In this document: positions 12,277 through 25,269 of the stretch, in pieces | Layout of the letters: each line of letters starts with the position of its first letter | Numbering within the stretch: the first letter of the stretch is position 1 | Assembly (NCBI GenBank): GCA_013265495.1 | Contig: MU058153.1 | Span: forward strand, 746,001-810,000 | Direction of reading: 5' to 3' | DNA length: 64,000 nt | From: Vicugna vicugna | Taxonomy: Eukaryota | Notes under the pieces: model-generated | What the model was told of the DNA's origin: nothing | The model's input: the letters and a program-made list of their open reading frames with translations, nothing else | The model's database searches: none | Position numbers and translations under genes: made by a program

Positions 12277-13019
12277 TGCTATGCGTGTTGTTAAAAATGA
12301 TGGCCATATTGTATAAAATATTGCTATTTATCCCAAATCCACGCTATCAGTGTGGTCTTGGTCTTATTGTCATCCTCCTCATCCTCATCTAAATTGTTAA
12401 AGAAGGGATTCAGTTTGTGATAGTCCCTCTAGAGGGTACTTTATGACTGCTAATTAAACCAGATGCTTTGTTTAGGTTGTGACACAGAATAAATCCAACC
12501 AATGTCACACTCAAACTTAGATCATTGGCTTGGGGCAGAGGGTGGGGTAGGGGCAGGGTAGCAGGGGTTGGTGTTGAAGCAGCAACAATTCCTGTTAGGC
12601 AACGGGTGAATGCAAATTCTTAGATCCAGGAACTGAGCTGCATTGATAGTTGGGTTGTAGGGAAAAGGGAAATATATAAAAACAGGAACCAGAAGGGCAA
12701 CCTGGGTCCAAGAGGAAATTGGCTTATGGAGAAGAATTGAATGTGAACTCGGAAGCTAGGATAGAGAAGGACTCCGAGCCTAAGTTATGTCAGTAGTTCT
12801 TCAAGTTAGTGCCTTTTCATGCAGACTTCATATAAGTAACTGTTGTCAGAAAAATATCAATAAAGCACACAGCTAAAATTGCCCTACCTAACATCTTTCA
12901 AATGTATCTCCTCACTTTAGGAGGCAGACCAGATTCCTGACATATTCTTAACATACCCATTAGAACTTATGTACTCTCTACCCTTCTGGTATTCCTCATC
13001 TCTTTTATTTATCTATGCA

Positions 13020-13335
13020 ATATAGACTGAGTTGCAGTCCTGGAAGGTAGACTAAATTTCACCTCTGATCCATTGCACATACTGTTTCCTTTGCCCAGGC
13101 ACTCAACACCCCTCCCGACCCCCCAGCCTAGAAGTGTATTTTCAGTTCTCAGCATAGAGGCCAAGAAACCACATTATTTCCTTATCTGCTTACTCTAGTT
13201 GGTTTCCACCATTAGAATGTAACTTCCTGAAGGCAGAAGAGTCTATGTGGTTCTTTACTGGATACCTACTTCCTAAGATGCTATCTGGTCTATAAGCAGG
13301 CACTTTATAAGTATTTGTTGAATTCGTGAATGAAT
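13020..13335 (+). mobile_element. L2 LINE 3' end, followed by degenerate (GATG)n and a TA-rich tract
   Basis: 'cattagaatgtaacttcctgaaggcagaaga...taagtatttgttgaattcgtgaatgaatg'. Confidence 0.75.
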
Positions 13336-13568
13336 GGGTGAATTGAAAGATTGACAGATGGATAAATGGATGGATAGATGGACGGACTAATAGATGGAAA
13401 ATATATATATATTTATATATATATCATATATATAAAATAAATATATATATATCAAATATATATATATATTTGATAAATTGTTATCTTTTTAGATGTCAAA
13501 TAAAGCTTAAAATTTCATTTGCAAAGGGCATATACTCTTGGTACCAGATCTAATTCTCCTGGATGTCT

Positions 13569-13616
13569 AGAATGGGGTTACTGCCACGTAATTAGTTAAA
13601 ATGGGGTCATACTGGA
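13569..13616 (+). repeat. Exact 48-bp dispersed copy of 14878-14925
   Basis: agaatggggttactgccacgtaattagttaaaatggggtcatactgga is identical at both sites. Confidence 0.97.
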
Positions 13617-14232
13617 TACTGATATTTTAGCCAGAATGTTTCTTGAATTTTTATATAAAACCAGTTCTATCTCTGGAGGTTTGACAGGGAGTGAATGTCT
13701 CTGAGTAATTAGAACTTTACTGATATCATTCCATTGTGTAGCAAAGTAAACTATTCAGAGAGCAGTAAGGCAGGAGGAAGACATATATGCCAGCATTTTT
13801 ATTGAGGCTCTATTATGTGTCAGGCATTGCTTAAGTGATTAATCTTATCTCCTCTTGTCATTGTGAATCATCCATTATTATTCTAATTTTATATATAACA
13901 CTTATGTATGTGTGACCTATATGGATCCTTAGTGTAGTAGCATTGGGGTTGAACTCATGTCCCAGAAAACCAGATGATGAAAAAATACATTGCATCTTTG
14001 TCTTGTATATCTTAGACTCCTTAAAAGGATAGTTAATTGACAGCTATACTTGTTAATATTACTTTTTTTGTTCTTTCCCATTTACCATATACCTTGGATA
14101 TTTCCAAATGTCTTTTTATTCTCTCTCTCACTCTTGCTCCTAAATTTCATTCTCTTTCTTTACCACTTCTGTTTTTGGCTCTTTTGTCCTTCCCTAATTC
14201 TTGATCACAAAGGCTCAAAAGAAATGGCCAGT

Positions 14233-14518
14233 TTTTTTTTTTTAATTGAAGTATAGTCAGTTTACCATGTGTCAATTTCTGGTGTACAGCATAATAGTTC
14301 CATCAGACATATACATACATATATTCATTTTCATATTCTTTTTCATTGTAGATTACTACAAAATTTTGAATATAATTCCCTGAGCTATACTGAAGAAAAT
14401 TATTATTTATATATTTTACATATAGTGGTTAATATTTGCAAATCTTGAACTCCCAATTTATCCCTTCTCACTCCCTTTCCCCCAGTAACCGTAAGTTTCT
14501 TTACTATGTCTGTGAGTC
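14233..14518 (-). mobile_element. Truncated L1 3' end with a perfect 13-bp target-site duplication
   Basis: Poly-T then 'aattgaagtatagtcagtttac...ctatgtctgtgagtc'; TSD agaaatggccagt at 14220-14232 and 14519-14531. Confidence 0.93.
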
Positions 14519-14573
14519 AGAAATGGCCAGTATAGGCAGAAAAGGGACATAGCCATGGAGTATGATTGGAGTC

Positions 14574-14575
<2 letters not shown>

Positions 14576-14609
<34 letters not shown>
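14576..14609. repeat. (GT)n microsatellite
   Basis: Read directly. Confidence 0.97.
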
Positions 14610-14610
<1 letters not shown>

Positions 14611-14802
14611 GGTAGAACAGTTTTCCATGATATCTCTCAGTGAGTCATTGATTTATCGATTTTTTATTATGAAATCATTTACCCCTACCTCACCAGCTTT
14701 CAAATAAGACGTGTATTGCTAAAAAGACTGCACTTGGGTATTTATGGTGTTTGTTGATTTTGTTGTTATCATTTGGACAGTGGATCTTTCTTTTTGCCCA
14801 AC

Positions 14803-15129
14803 TGTTACGGGTTAAATTTAGTCCCCAAAACAGGCATGTTGAAGCCCTAACCCTCACTTGGGATGTGACATTATTTCAGAATGGGGTTACTGCCACGTAA
14901 TTAGTTAAAATGGGGTCATACTGGAACAGGGTGGATGTTTAACCCAGTGACTGGTGACCTTGTAAGAGGAGACAAGGAAGGGTCCTCCCATTGAGGCATT
15001 AGCATTGTCCTACCAACATCTTGACTTTGAACTTCTAGCATCTGGAATTATGAGACAATAAATTTATGTAGTTTTAGACCAGTTCATTTGTGGTACTTTG
15101 ATATAGCAACCCTTAGAAACTGAAATACA
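14803..15129 (+). mobile_element. MLT1 (MLT1A/B-like) MaLR solo LTR
   Basis: 'tgttacgggttaaatttagtcccc...gttgaagccctaacc...aataaatttatgtagttttagacc...tgtggtactttgatatagcaacc..aaactgaaataca'; TG...CA termini. Confidence 0.88.
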
Positions 15130-15944
15130 GCTTTTTAAGGCAAATTATTCTGGGACAATATTGACAGTCCAAGGAAGAGGTCCTAGGACCACTACTAAGG
15201 TGGATACATTCAAGAGGACTCTAAATATTTCTTAAGGAACTTAGGAAACTTAGTTGCTTTAAAGGTGCCATTGATACTAGTCCTTCATTTGCCTAACTGT
15301 TCTCTAAAGTCTTTGGGAACCATCCCTCCTGTCCCCTACCATTTCTACCCCCCCTCTCCTGCAGTAAACACCTCCAACGGTTAGTTGTGAACCTTGGAAA
15401 GATAGTGTTGTAATGGATGAGTGAGACCAGAGGGGAAAATATATTCAAGAAGTGTCATTGAGATGGCCTTAATCTCTGAAAACTTTCACATTCTTTGTCC
15501 CAGGTTACATCTAAGAAAAGCCATACCATTTGCTCTCACATGTATTTCGTCCTCTTTTTTTTTTTTTTTAAATCTCCCAGAGACTGTGAGGTTAAATAGC
15601 GGATGTCTAAAAGTTGTTTTAGGCATCACCTACCTAAAGGGAAAAGGTAGTACTGTTATCATCTGAGGAGGGGCATTAAAAATTGTTATCTTAATCACAT
15701 ATTTAGCTTTTCTCTTGTTGATCTAATCTTTGGATTGGAGGCTGAAAGTCAAGCACCTTTTATTTTGAAAATAAATCATTGGTATTCTCATTTGTATTCC
15801 AGGTACTAACAATAGTGCTGTGATTTGCGCTATGCTTCTACCCACGTTGTCCTTTTCAGTATCTGCTAATAGCTACTAATAGAGTAATTGCTTAATAAAA
15901 GGAGATTAATTCAATATATGGAAATTGAGCAACTTTCTTCAAAA

Positions 15945-16290
15945 ACAACAAAATACATTTTACTTCATTATGATCATAAAATTAAAACACGCTCTTGGTG
16001 GAAAATTTGAATAAAATAAGCAATGAGGCAAACAAACCACCCACAATCACTCTACATGTTTGTCTTTTAGTTTCCATTAAGGTTTAATAGCTGTGCTTAC
16101 ATTGTAGTTTTAATTTGCTGCCTTGCTTTTTTTTTTTTTCACTTGTCATTATAACAATTTTTCCCCATTATACAAAATATTTTCTGCAAGCGTCATCTTA
16201 AATGATTGCATAATATTCCTTCATTAGGATATATTATAGTTTATGTAAACTTTGCCCTGTTTTAGCACATTCATTTTAATAAAAACTTAA
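15945..16290 (-). mobile_element. Old L1ME-like 3' UTR fragment
   Basis: 'tttttcacttgtcattataac...ttaaatgattgcataatattccttcattaggatatattatagtttat'. Confidence 0.55.
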
Positions 16291-16501
16291 AACTACTGAA
16301 AAGTTAGAAATTACCCATTTCAAAGATATTCAGTTCTAAATTAGGATATCTAGTGAATTAATACGTATGTTCCAACTGGGTCCACTGGTTGCTAATATTC
16401 TGTATAAGTTCTATCATTGTATCTTTTTTCTCCAAGCCTCAATATCCATAGAGAACTAGCCTGAGATACGATGACAATATACTTACTTTGCTTTCTTCAA
16501 G

Positions 16502-16525
16502 CTAAACTCTGTGGAGGACGCTAAG
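16502..16525 (+). other. Candidate 24-nt microexon (LNSVEDAK in phase 0)
   Basis: 'cttactttgctttcttcaag|CTAAAC...GCTAAG|gtaatt'; UGC inside the pyrimidine tract. Confidence 0.2.
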
Positions 16526-17499
16526 GTAATTCAGTAACAGCACCTGCGTTCCAAGCACTTACAACAAAATATACAAGGTAATACCTAGAACTCAAAGGAG
16601 GAAAAAATATCCTGCAAAATGTACACATACAAATGTTATTGTAGTTAAATAGATTTTTAATAATTTTTCTGGTAGGGGCATTAGGGGACTGAAAATGGAG
16701 AGGTAGAATTCGAGTTGGAACTGAAGATTAATATGATTAAATACTTATAAATTTGAGTGGGCTGAGTGGAGAGAGGACTGTGGGAAGCAAAGTTCAGAAG
16801 TATTACTTTTAGTGGAGAATAGCAAGTACAGCCTGTATCTCCATTAACCAACTTCAAATTGCTGAATATCCAGCGCCCTCCCTGCTTTCTCTAAGGTATT
16901 ATTTCTGATGCTCATGGTATATTGAACTCTTGAGCTACTAAGAGAACATTCACACACTTCTATTTCTACAAATTGGTGGTATGCTTAACAAGAGCTACTT
17001 GCTTTTGTTGCTAAAACTACTCACATCAGTGTTTCTTGTTATTGTAAATATATAGTCATTTAAAAGTATGTTAACCAAAGAAATATAAGGGTAAAAAGAA
17101 AGGTGGTTATTTTCTTCTGTGAATGCTAAGTTAAAGTATTGAAAAAACACAGCAGAGATGAATCACTAGAAAATTATGGCAGAATTAAGGGTTGGAGAAG
17201 AGTCAAACACAAAAGTTTGGAGGAAAAACTTAAAATATGAAAGGATCATGCATTCAAATTGCAAGTATTTCTAAAAACTTGTTCCATTCTAAAGAAAATA
17301 AAACTGGAAAAAGTGTGTGATTCAGCAATTGGTGTAAATACGTACTTTTCATCTTTGATCGGGCAATTTATTACAAAGTAGGTTAATTAAAATTATACAC
17401 AAATTTATAAACATTTTCATCCAAGACAAAAACACATAAATATACATTCACTTGCCAGTCATTTCATGCAAAGCCTATGCCATTTTGTTTTTTTCTTTT

Positions 17500-18400
17500 T
17501 AGTGTGGAATGATTAAGTCATGTAAGGATTTGGATCCAGACTAAGATGTTTGAACTTTATTTGGGGGATATTGGGAAGATACTGACTGATCTGGAGCAGA
17601 GTCGTGGCTCGACCAGGTGAATCATCCTAGATAAAGAACAAACTGGCAGCCTTGCTCAAGATGAACTGGAATAGTCAGAGACTAGAGGTGGGGAGAATAG
17701 ATGACAAAGGACAAGAAAGGTGTAACTATGGCCTGAATTACTGGTAGTGTGAATGAGGACAAGAATTGGTATTCTTCAGGGAGAACACAGGTCCTGGCCA
17801 TTGGCTTAAATGTAGTGTCAGTGAGATGATACCTGGATTTTAGGTTTGACAAACTGGATGGATGAAAGTGACAGTAAGAACAATGGGGAACAAAGGAAGG
17901 TGAGGAGCCCTACTCAGGCCCTGAAAGTTGAGTTTCATTTTGGATCTGTTCAGTGGAGAATTCCAGTTATAGGCTCCCATTCTTCCACCCCAGTCCAGGG
18001 CATTTCATCTCCAGTGGACAGCAGACAACTGGAGACAGAATCCAGAGCTTGGTGATGAGGATGCCTTTACAGAAAGGAGATAGCTGAAGGCGTAAGAGGA
18101 AAGATACAGAAACAGTTTGAGCCAAGTGATCCCAGTCTCACCGGGTAAGGGAAGTTGAGAAGTTAAGCAGGAACAATTAGTTAAATATTATATAGAGAGG
18201 GAAAGGTCTGTAATCTCTGACAACTGATATGTTGTTGGTGACGGTAAAGAATCACTTTAATGTAATGGTGAGGGTCTTCAAGGAGCCAAGGAAAGCCTGT
18301 GGGAGAGTCATGAAATATACTCAGTGAGTGGGACCTTTAAGAAATATGCCTTGGAGATGGAGGGTAAAATACAAGTAGTAATTTAAGAACGAGATTCTTT
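17500..18400 (-). mobile_element. Degenerate L2 LINE body
   Basis: Purine-rich, with L2 hallmarks such as 'ggattttaggtttgacaaactggatggatg' and 'gttgagtttcattttggatctgttcagt'. Confidence 0.65.
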
Positions 18401-18733
18401 CAACAGTAGGAGAGGTCTTAGGAAAATGTTATACTAAAGAAGATAAAACTGCTAATGAAGAACCCACCTGAATTTTGACTTGAGAAAAATATTTCATTTG
18501 TCAATTATAATAAAGCACATGTACTCATTCTAAGATAGACTTGTTTAATGTCATGTGAATAATGGTAGTCCATTAGGACAGTGTCTTTTCTAAAATGATA
18601 CAGAGAGATTGAGCTAGGATTATCTAGAAATATCTGTATGTGTATATTTAGGACAAAAGTGTAATAGGAAAAGAAAAATAGAAAAAGAAAGAATACATCC
18701 TTACCGGATTTGGGGAAGCAATATGGCCTAGAG

Positions 18734-19212
18734 CAGTGTTTTTCAAATGGTTGAACATGTGCTATGGAGTTGGTACGCAGAACAGAAATAAATTTCATTT
18801 TAAGTAACACTTATATAATAGTGGAACACAATTACAAAGAAATTCCATTTTCAATTTTATTTCATTTCATCTGGATTATGTTGAGGAGAAAGGCCCAGTT
18901 AGGTGTTAATAATGTATTCAACTCAGCTATTTTTATATTAAAAGAGAATGGGCCACCATCTCAGAGAATTTTTGAAACAATGATATTTAACAAGAATTTA
19001 ATAATTTGTTTTAATTGATTTATGGTTATATTTTATGTACAGTATTATATTATTTTTCCAATTATTTTAAGATAGAAAATCTCATTTAAAATAAGTTTAA
19101 GTTAAATAAGTGAGGCCATTAAATACACACTCGGTAAGTAAGAGTATAGATGATGCAGTTACAACCTCACAGCTGTGAAAATGGTACCAAAAACAGGGGT
19201 TGGGAAACACTA
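18734..19212. mobile_element. hAT-Charlie-type non-autonomous DNA transposon
   Basis: Imperfect terminal inverted repeats 'cagtgtttttcaaa' and 'ttgggaaacacta' around an AT-rich interior. Confidence 0.6.
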
Positions 19213-21343
19213 GCTTAAAATATAAATGCGTAATTTGAGAATTTCAGAACATTTGATCTGCTAATGTTTTTTGTTGGTGTCTGTTTTTTTGAAAATGTTA
19301 TAATCATTCAGAGCTTTAGTTTCTGTGTTTGTCAACTAGAAATACTCACTAGGAATGTGAAAAGGTCACATGAAATAATCCATGGTAAATAAATTGCACA
19401 ATTTTCAACATTATGTCTCTAAAATACGTTACATGTTTGTCAGCATTTCTATTTGTCATGAAAGTTGTGATTTGCCAAGAAAAACACAGTCTAGGACAGA
19501 ATGTCATCTATGGACTAAGTATTTATTGAGCTTTTACTCTACGTGGCAGGTGCTGTCCTATTTTTTGAGAAATACACAGATCTGTTCTCAGATAGCTTAC
19601 AATCTTGTATGAATAAAAATAAGTAGCCAGTTCAATTCAAGTATTAAAACCTATAGATGGAGGTTTTATGCAGATTCATCATATTACCAACATAGATTAT
19701 TTCATTTTGGCTGCTATGCAAGCTTAGGACTGCCAAATGGAAAGAGATCGGACGTATGACACACTTTAAAGTTTCTTCACTTCCAAGATGAAGTAATTAT
19801 TCAATTCATCTATAATAATGACCTCTTATTCCAAGGGAATTCAAACTCAAGATCAACATCGTCTTGATTACAGTCTTTAACCTAATCATGATGATCTCCC
19901 AAAATTTAGCAAAAGCAAATATAAGCCACTTTTAGCCACTATAATAAGCAGTGATGTAAATAATGCAATCGACCAATCAGAGGACCTAAGTAGAACACAT
20001 TTTTGATGGAAGAATTGGGGAGTCAGGGTCACAGATTTTGAGCAGTCCATTAGTTGAATCTTGGCTTTGCAAGCAACCATGTGTAGGGAGTCAGGATGTG
20101 TTAGGTAGTGTTATGGGGCTGCGTGATCTAAGATAGTCTCACTCATATAATTGGTACCTCACCTGTGATGCCTAGAATGGCTCTCTCACCACAGATTCTT
20201 TCATCTCAAGCTTCTTCATCTGGTAGTAGAAGCATTTCAAGATGGCAATGTCTGTATTCTGACACTTACCAAATCTCTGCTTGTTTCACGTTTGCTGATG
20301 TCTCATGGGCCAAGGTGTGTCTCACGCTCAAGGCAAGCGTCAGTGTGGGAAGTGGTGCACAGAGGCTTAGGTAGGAGAAAGTATGGTTCTTTTGGGACCA
20401 TTAATATCACAATCTTTTATAGACCACTTTTATCCACACTTTTTCTTTTTCCCATATGGGAAATATATTGAACATCATCCAAGACTCCCCAGATCCCTTC
20501 CTGTCATGTATCAAGATCATCTTCCACAGTCTTATCATTTTCTTCAGGTCCAGATGTGGATAATGCTTCTCTGGTGCAACCCCTTTGGATCTAGAAACCT
20601 GTGAAAAAGGTTTACTAGGCACTACCTTAAATCTTTCTTACGTCTTACAAGGAGTTTTATTACTTCATTCTTCACTTTATCTCTGTCCTGAATCCATTTT
20701 ATTAATCTGAGACTTCTAGGAGGTGGAGGAGGAGAGAATAAAAAATGAATCAATTTTTTTTTTAAATTACCAACCAAGTTTGACTTGGTTGTTTTATATT
20801 TTGTCTACATTCTGCTTTCAAATGAAAAAAAAAATTCTCTTCAGTCCTTTTGTTTGTTTCTGTACCTTACCATACACAACTCACAAAAGGCAAATGGCAT
20901 TTTCAATATTCTGCTTTAAAATCTCCTTAACCATATATACAAATTAATTTGGCATATTTCCCATTACTTAAGTTACTGCAAGTGGCAGGTTTATCAAGTG
21001 TTTTATAATCACCTTTTTTTCAATTTTCAATAATAGTTTACCTAGTTCACTTACTGCTTCAACTAAAGAGTCTCCTTGCTGCCTATAGCAGGTTGACTTG
21101 TGCCCTCACGCAGCATCTTGTCTGCCACATCCTAGGGTCTCAGCAACTCATGAGGCCATGACAGATTGAACGTTGTGTAAACAGACTTCACCTTGATAAG
21201 AGAAGTTACAGAATCACATGGCTGGATTTTTTAATCTACCACAATTTTATCATGTGATTGTTGAAATGATGAAATAAATATATTTGAAGAGCAGTTGTCC
21301 GACATTAAAAAGCACAACATTTTAGTTTCTTTGTTCATTCTAT

Positions 21344-21365
21344 ATCATCATCATCATCATCATCA
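21344..21365. repeat. (ATC)n trinucleotide repeat
   Basis: Read directly. Confidence 0.9.
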
Positions 21366-22509
21366 CAACACTTTGTGTTTTAAACAAAAATAGTTATTGC
21401 CGAAAGTTAAAGTTCGAAAAATCTCACTAATGTGTTTACTGATTATCTCTTGGTTTTCATAAATGAATATCTTTGGGCAACTTGGATTTTTTTAAGATCT
21501 TCCTCATGTGATTGTATCTTAAATATTTTTATTCTGTGACTAAATATGAGCTTTTATCAGTACATTTATAGAGGTTACCATCAGAAAAATTATCTGGTTT
21601 CTCTGGTTGTCACTTCAGATTCTAATGGCCAGAGTCTGGAGATAGATGGCTTCAGCTTCCCGCCAGGCATATCTCTGACCACTTTAGAGCTATTCTGGGC
21701 AATAGTCAGTACTGTATGATAGTAGTTTATTCTCCCTGTGTCCTTCAGACAGTGGTTTATTTTCCCTGTTTTCCTATATTGTGGGCAGTAACCCTGATGG
21801 TCTCAAGTTCTGGTTGAAAATATACATACAATAACCTCTTAGCCCTCAGACTAGTAACCAGCGTTCAAAAAACGGTTATCTTCTCACATGCCTTACATGG
21901 CCAGGTACCCCACCTCTCACCAGCCCTAGGATTCCTATTCCCATGTCTCTGTAGTACTAATTAGCTTATTTTAAGGATATATCATACACTTTTTCCCGTC
22001 TGCCCTTCAAAAGACTATAGGGAAATGGTCCACCCTGGTTCCTGACGAATGGACGTGATACAAATATGTAGATATTTTCCAGCTTTCATTCCCCAAATTC
22101 TTAAAAACTGTCAGGCTGAGTGAAAGGTGTAATGAATAGAGGAAGTGTTTTTCTTTTTTTTTCTTGGATTTTTAACACAGAAATGACATTTTTATTCATA
22201 AATAATCACTGCTAAAATAGACTAACTAGCATTCATGCTAATGACTAAATGTGTATGTTTCTAGATAGGAAATTACATTTTTTGAACATTTCAAAAGATG
22301 CCAAGTAGAATCTGAGAACAGAAGAGCATCCTGTTTAGCAGTTCCCACTTCTGGGCATGTGTGCCTAGCTTTGGTTGAGCTCCCGGTGAATTAGTAAATG
22401 CTGAAGAATTGAGAAAAGACAGTTCCCTGGCCCACTGGCACTGTTGAATGGAACACGTGTAACAATTGTTTGACTTATAGAACTTGGCTTGTATGTTCTA
22501 TTGAAAAAT

Positions 22510-22705
22510 ATTTGGTATAGAAAAGAAGTTTGGATTAGCGGGCAGGAGATCGAGTTCCAGGCATGTTGTTCTACTTACTGGGCATCTAAGTGTCATAGGC
22601 CAGTATCTCTAATGCCTCAGTTGCTTCATCTCTAAATGATGTCTATCTAGATTACAGTGATAAAGTGAAATCACATACATTGCAGCACTCTTAACCTCTG
22701 TGAGG
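22510..22705 (+). mobile_element. MIR SINE
   Basis: 'gcctcagttgcttcatctctaaatga'. Confidence 0.65.
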
Positions 22706-22869
22706 CCATGCAAATGCGACTTGCCAGTTTTGATAATTGTGTATGTCTCCCTTATTATTATCTTGAACTCCTTTGACGGGATATAATTGCATTCATTCAC
22801 CAAAGGAAGGCAGTAGGTTGTTTCTATACACAGCTGTGAATAACTGGAGTACAGACAGGCATTTAGATT

Positions 22870-23235
22870 TCAGACATGAATTGCCTAACTATAGGAGAGA
22901 GAAGACATACTGTGGCAATAGTTCACATAAAAATGTTATGGGGCATTGAGTTAATCTCAGGCTTAACAGGAATCTAAGTGTGATGCGACTGCAAATTTTT
23001 GGCATTAAGAAGAAAAGGGTTTGCGTGACATGGGAAGTTACAGACTCATCCTTCTCTGCCTTGAGCCAGCCACACCCAGAATACTCAGTGCAGCTCTAAG
23101 CACAGCATTTCAAAGGATTAGAGGGAAACTAGAATGATTCTAGGTTGATAAGGCTTAGAAAACATAGCACACAGAAAAACTTTGAGGGAACTCAGGGAAG
23201 CTGAGAGAGAATGAGCAAATTTGTTCTGTCTTCCT
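22870..23235 (+). mobile_element. CR1/L3 LINE 3' ORF2 fragment
   Basis: 'tttggcattaagaagaa...gggaagttacagactcatccttctctgccttgagccagccacacccagaatactcagtgcagctctaagcacagcatttcaaagga' follows the CR1 pattern. Confidence 0.65.
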
Positions 23236-23238
23236 CTG

Positions 23239-23601
23239 AGAAAGACATAATATCATATCATATAATATCACTTATATGTGGAATCTAAAATATGATACAA
23301 ATGAACTTATTTACGAAGCATAAAGACTCACAGACATAGAAAACAAACTTATAGTTACCAAAGAGGAAAGGGGGTGGGGGTGGTACAAATTAGGAGTTTA
23401 GGATTAGCAGACTAAAGACTACTATATTTAAAATAGGTAACCAACAAGGTCCTACTATATAGCGCAGGGAACTATATTCAATATCTTATAATAAACTATT
23501 ATGAAAAAGAATATATATATTCACACATAACAGAATCACTTTGCTGTACACCAGAAACTAACACAACATTGTAAGTCAACTATATACTTCAATTTAAAAA
23601 A
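23239..23601 (+). mobile_element. Truncated L1 3' UTR (cetartiodactyl type)
   Basis: 'tcacttatatgtggaatctaaaatatgatacaaatgaacttattt...caacaaggtcctactatatagcgcagggaactatattcaatatc...caacattgtaagtcaactat'; homologous to 4990-5345. Confidence 0.93.
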
Positions 23602-25049
23602 GATACCTGTGAAATACGCTTAATACAATTTTACCTTAACTTACTTGTTCATACAATTTTATCTATCTGTCTGTCTGTCTATCTATCTGCATATAATCTT
23701 TTTTGCCAGCTGTGGAAATAATGATAGGCACAAGAAACCACATGGACATGTGAAAATTCTGGGTAATTTTCCATATAAATCATCCAAATCTCTTTTTATT
23801 TTAATTTATAAGATATAGCTTATAAGTTGGAATTTGGAGCCATTACTTATTTTCAAACTTAAGGCAGGTTGCAGAATTCAGCTCAATTAGTCTAGTTTCC
23901 TGGAGTGGAGGAGATAAGATAAAACTGGACACTGAGAGCATTGACACTTCCCAGCCTCATTCCTGCTGTGAGTAATGGCTTCTAAGAAACTTGAAAGTAG
24001 ATTTGATTCTGAACAGAATAGCCCCTGGCTGGGTGGCATATCAGTATTTTCCTCCTTACCGTGTATCATAAGGTTGAACTCTTATCTGTTCAAAAGCTGA
24101 AGTTCTGCATGTGTCTACAGAGTTTCCCAATATTTTCCTGATCACTCACCTTGCTGTTTCCCTTCAGCCCCCTTCCCTCAGGTACCAGAATCCTTGTTTG
24201 TGTTTCTTCATGTCTCCAGTTTCCGAGTGTACTTGTTCCAAGGAATAAGGGGGTTCTTGCCACCCCCTTATTCAGACCCCCAGCCTGCCACTGCTCTTCC
24301 TTTTCTTCTTCTTTGTGCCAGCTTTGGATCATGTTGTACCCCTACATTTTAGTGTGGATTTTTCTAGGTGAGACTGCTAGCTATTGATGTTGACACTATC
24401 TCTGCTGGTTAGTTCTCAGACAGACTGTGTATAGATTATGAGCTGCTTAGCGCCAGAAATCACTGACCTACTTGGGCTTGGTCTCTGCCTCTCTTACCTG
24501 AGTTGACAGTCTTTGCTCTATGACTGATAACATCTCCTTTCCTCAGTGTCTTCCCTTTTATTATCCCCTCAGCCTGCGACTGAACACACAGTGGCAGTGT
24601 GTGTTCTAACTCATCCTGTGATCTGATGCTGACGGGGTCAGATTAATGAAGATCCTCATTATAAGCACACATCATCCCTTTATCGTCTTGATTTACATTT
24701 ATCTCTCCATGTGATTAAATTCTAGGCTGAATCACCTAACAAGCATCTAATTTTGTAGTAAAGGCCAGTAGGTAGTGAGAAGGAGGAGACATAAAGAAGA
24801 ATTTCAAATAAGTTTTTTTAGGGGAAATAGTATACACAGCTGTATGTGTGATGGGAATTTGTCAGAGCACCTGAGTACAGGAAAAGCCGTTTTCAGAATT
24901 CAGAATTGGGGCACTGGTGTAAAGGATGTACTGCTTCTCAAGCCTGCCCCTTTTCAGTGTTGGAGTTTCCCAGGACACAACAGAAGCCATTAGCTTTGTG
25001 AACCTGTAAGTAGCATAAGATCAAGGTGTCACTTTCTTAGCAACCCAGG

Positions 25050-25265
25050 TGTCCTGTAAAGTCATGGTTCCTGCAACAAACAGATGGCGCTCTGGAAAAA
25101 AGAGCAACTGAGGAAAGTTTTTAAAAGGGCAGCATAATGAAGAGTTCTGGATTGAGGGAAACCAACAGGAGATGGTAAAGCATCTCTAAGGCCAGCAACA
25201 GTAGGTAGCCTCTACCATCCTCAGACCGGAAAGGGCAAAATGGTTACGAGCACCCAGTGAGAGCT
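25050..25265 (-). mobile_element. ERVL LTR fragment (LTR33-like)
   Basis: 'gtcatggttcctgcaacaaacagatggc...agggaaaccaacaggagatggtaaagca...accatcctcagaccggaaaggg'. Confidence 0.55.
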
Positions 25266-25269
25266 GTAG

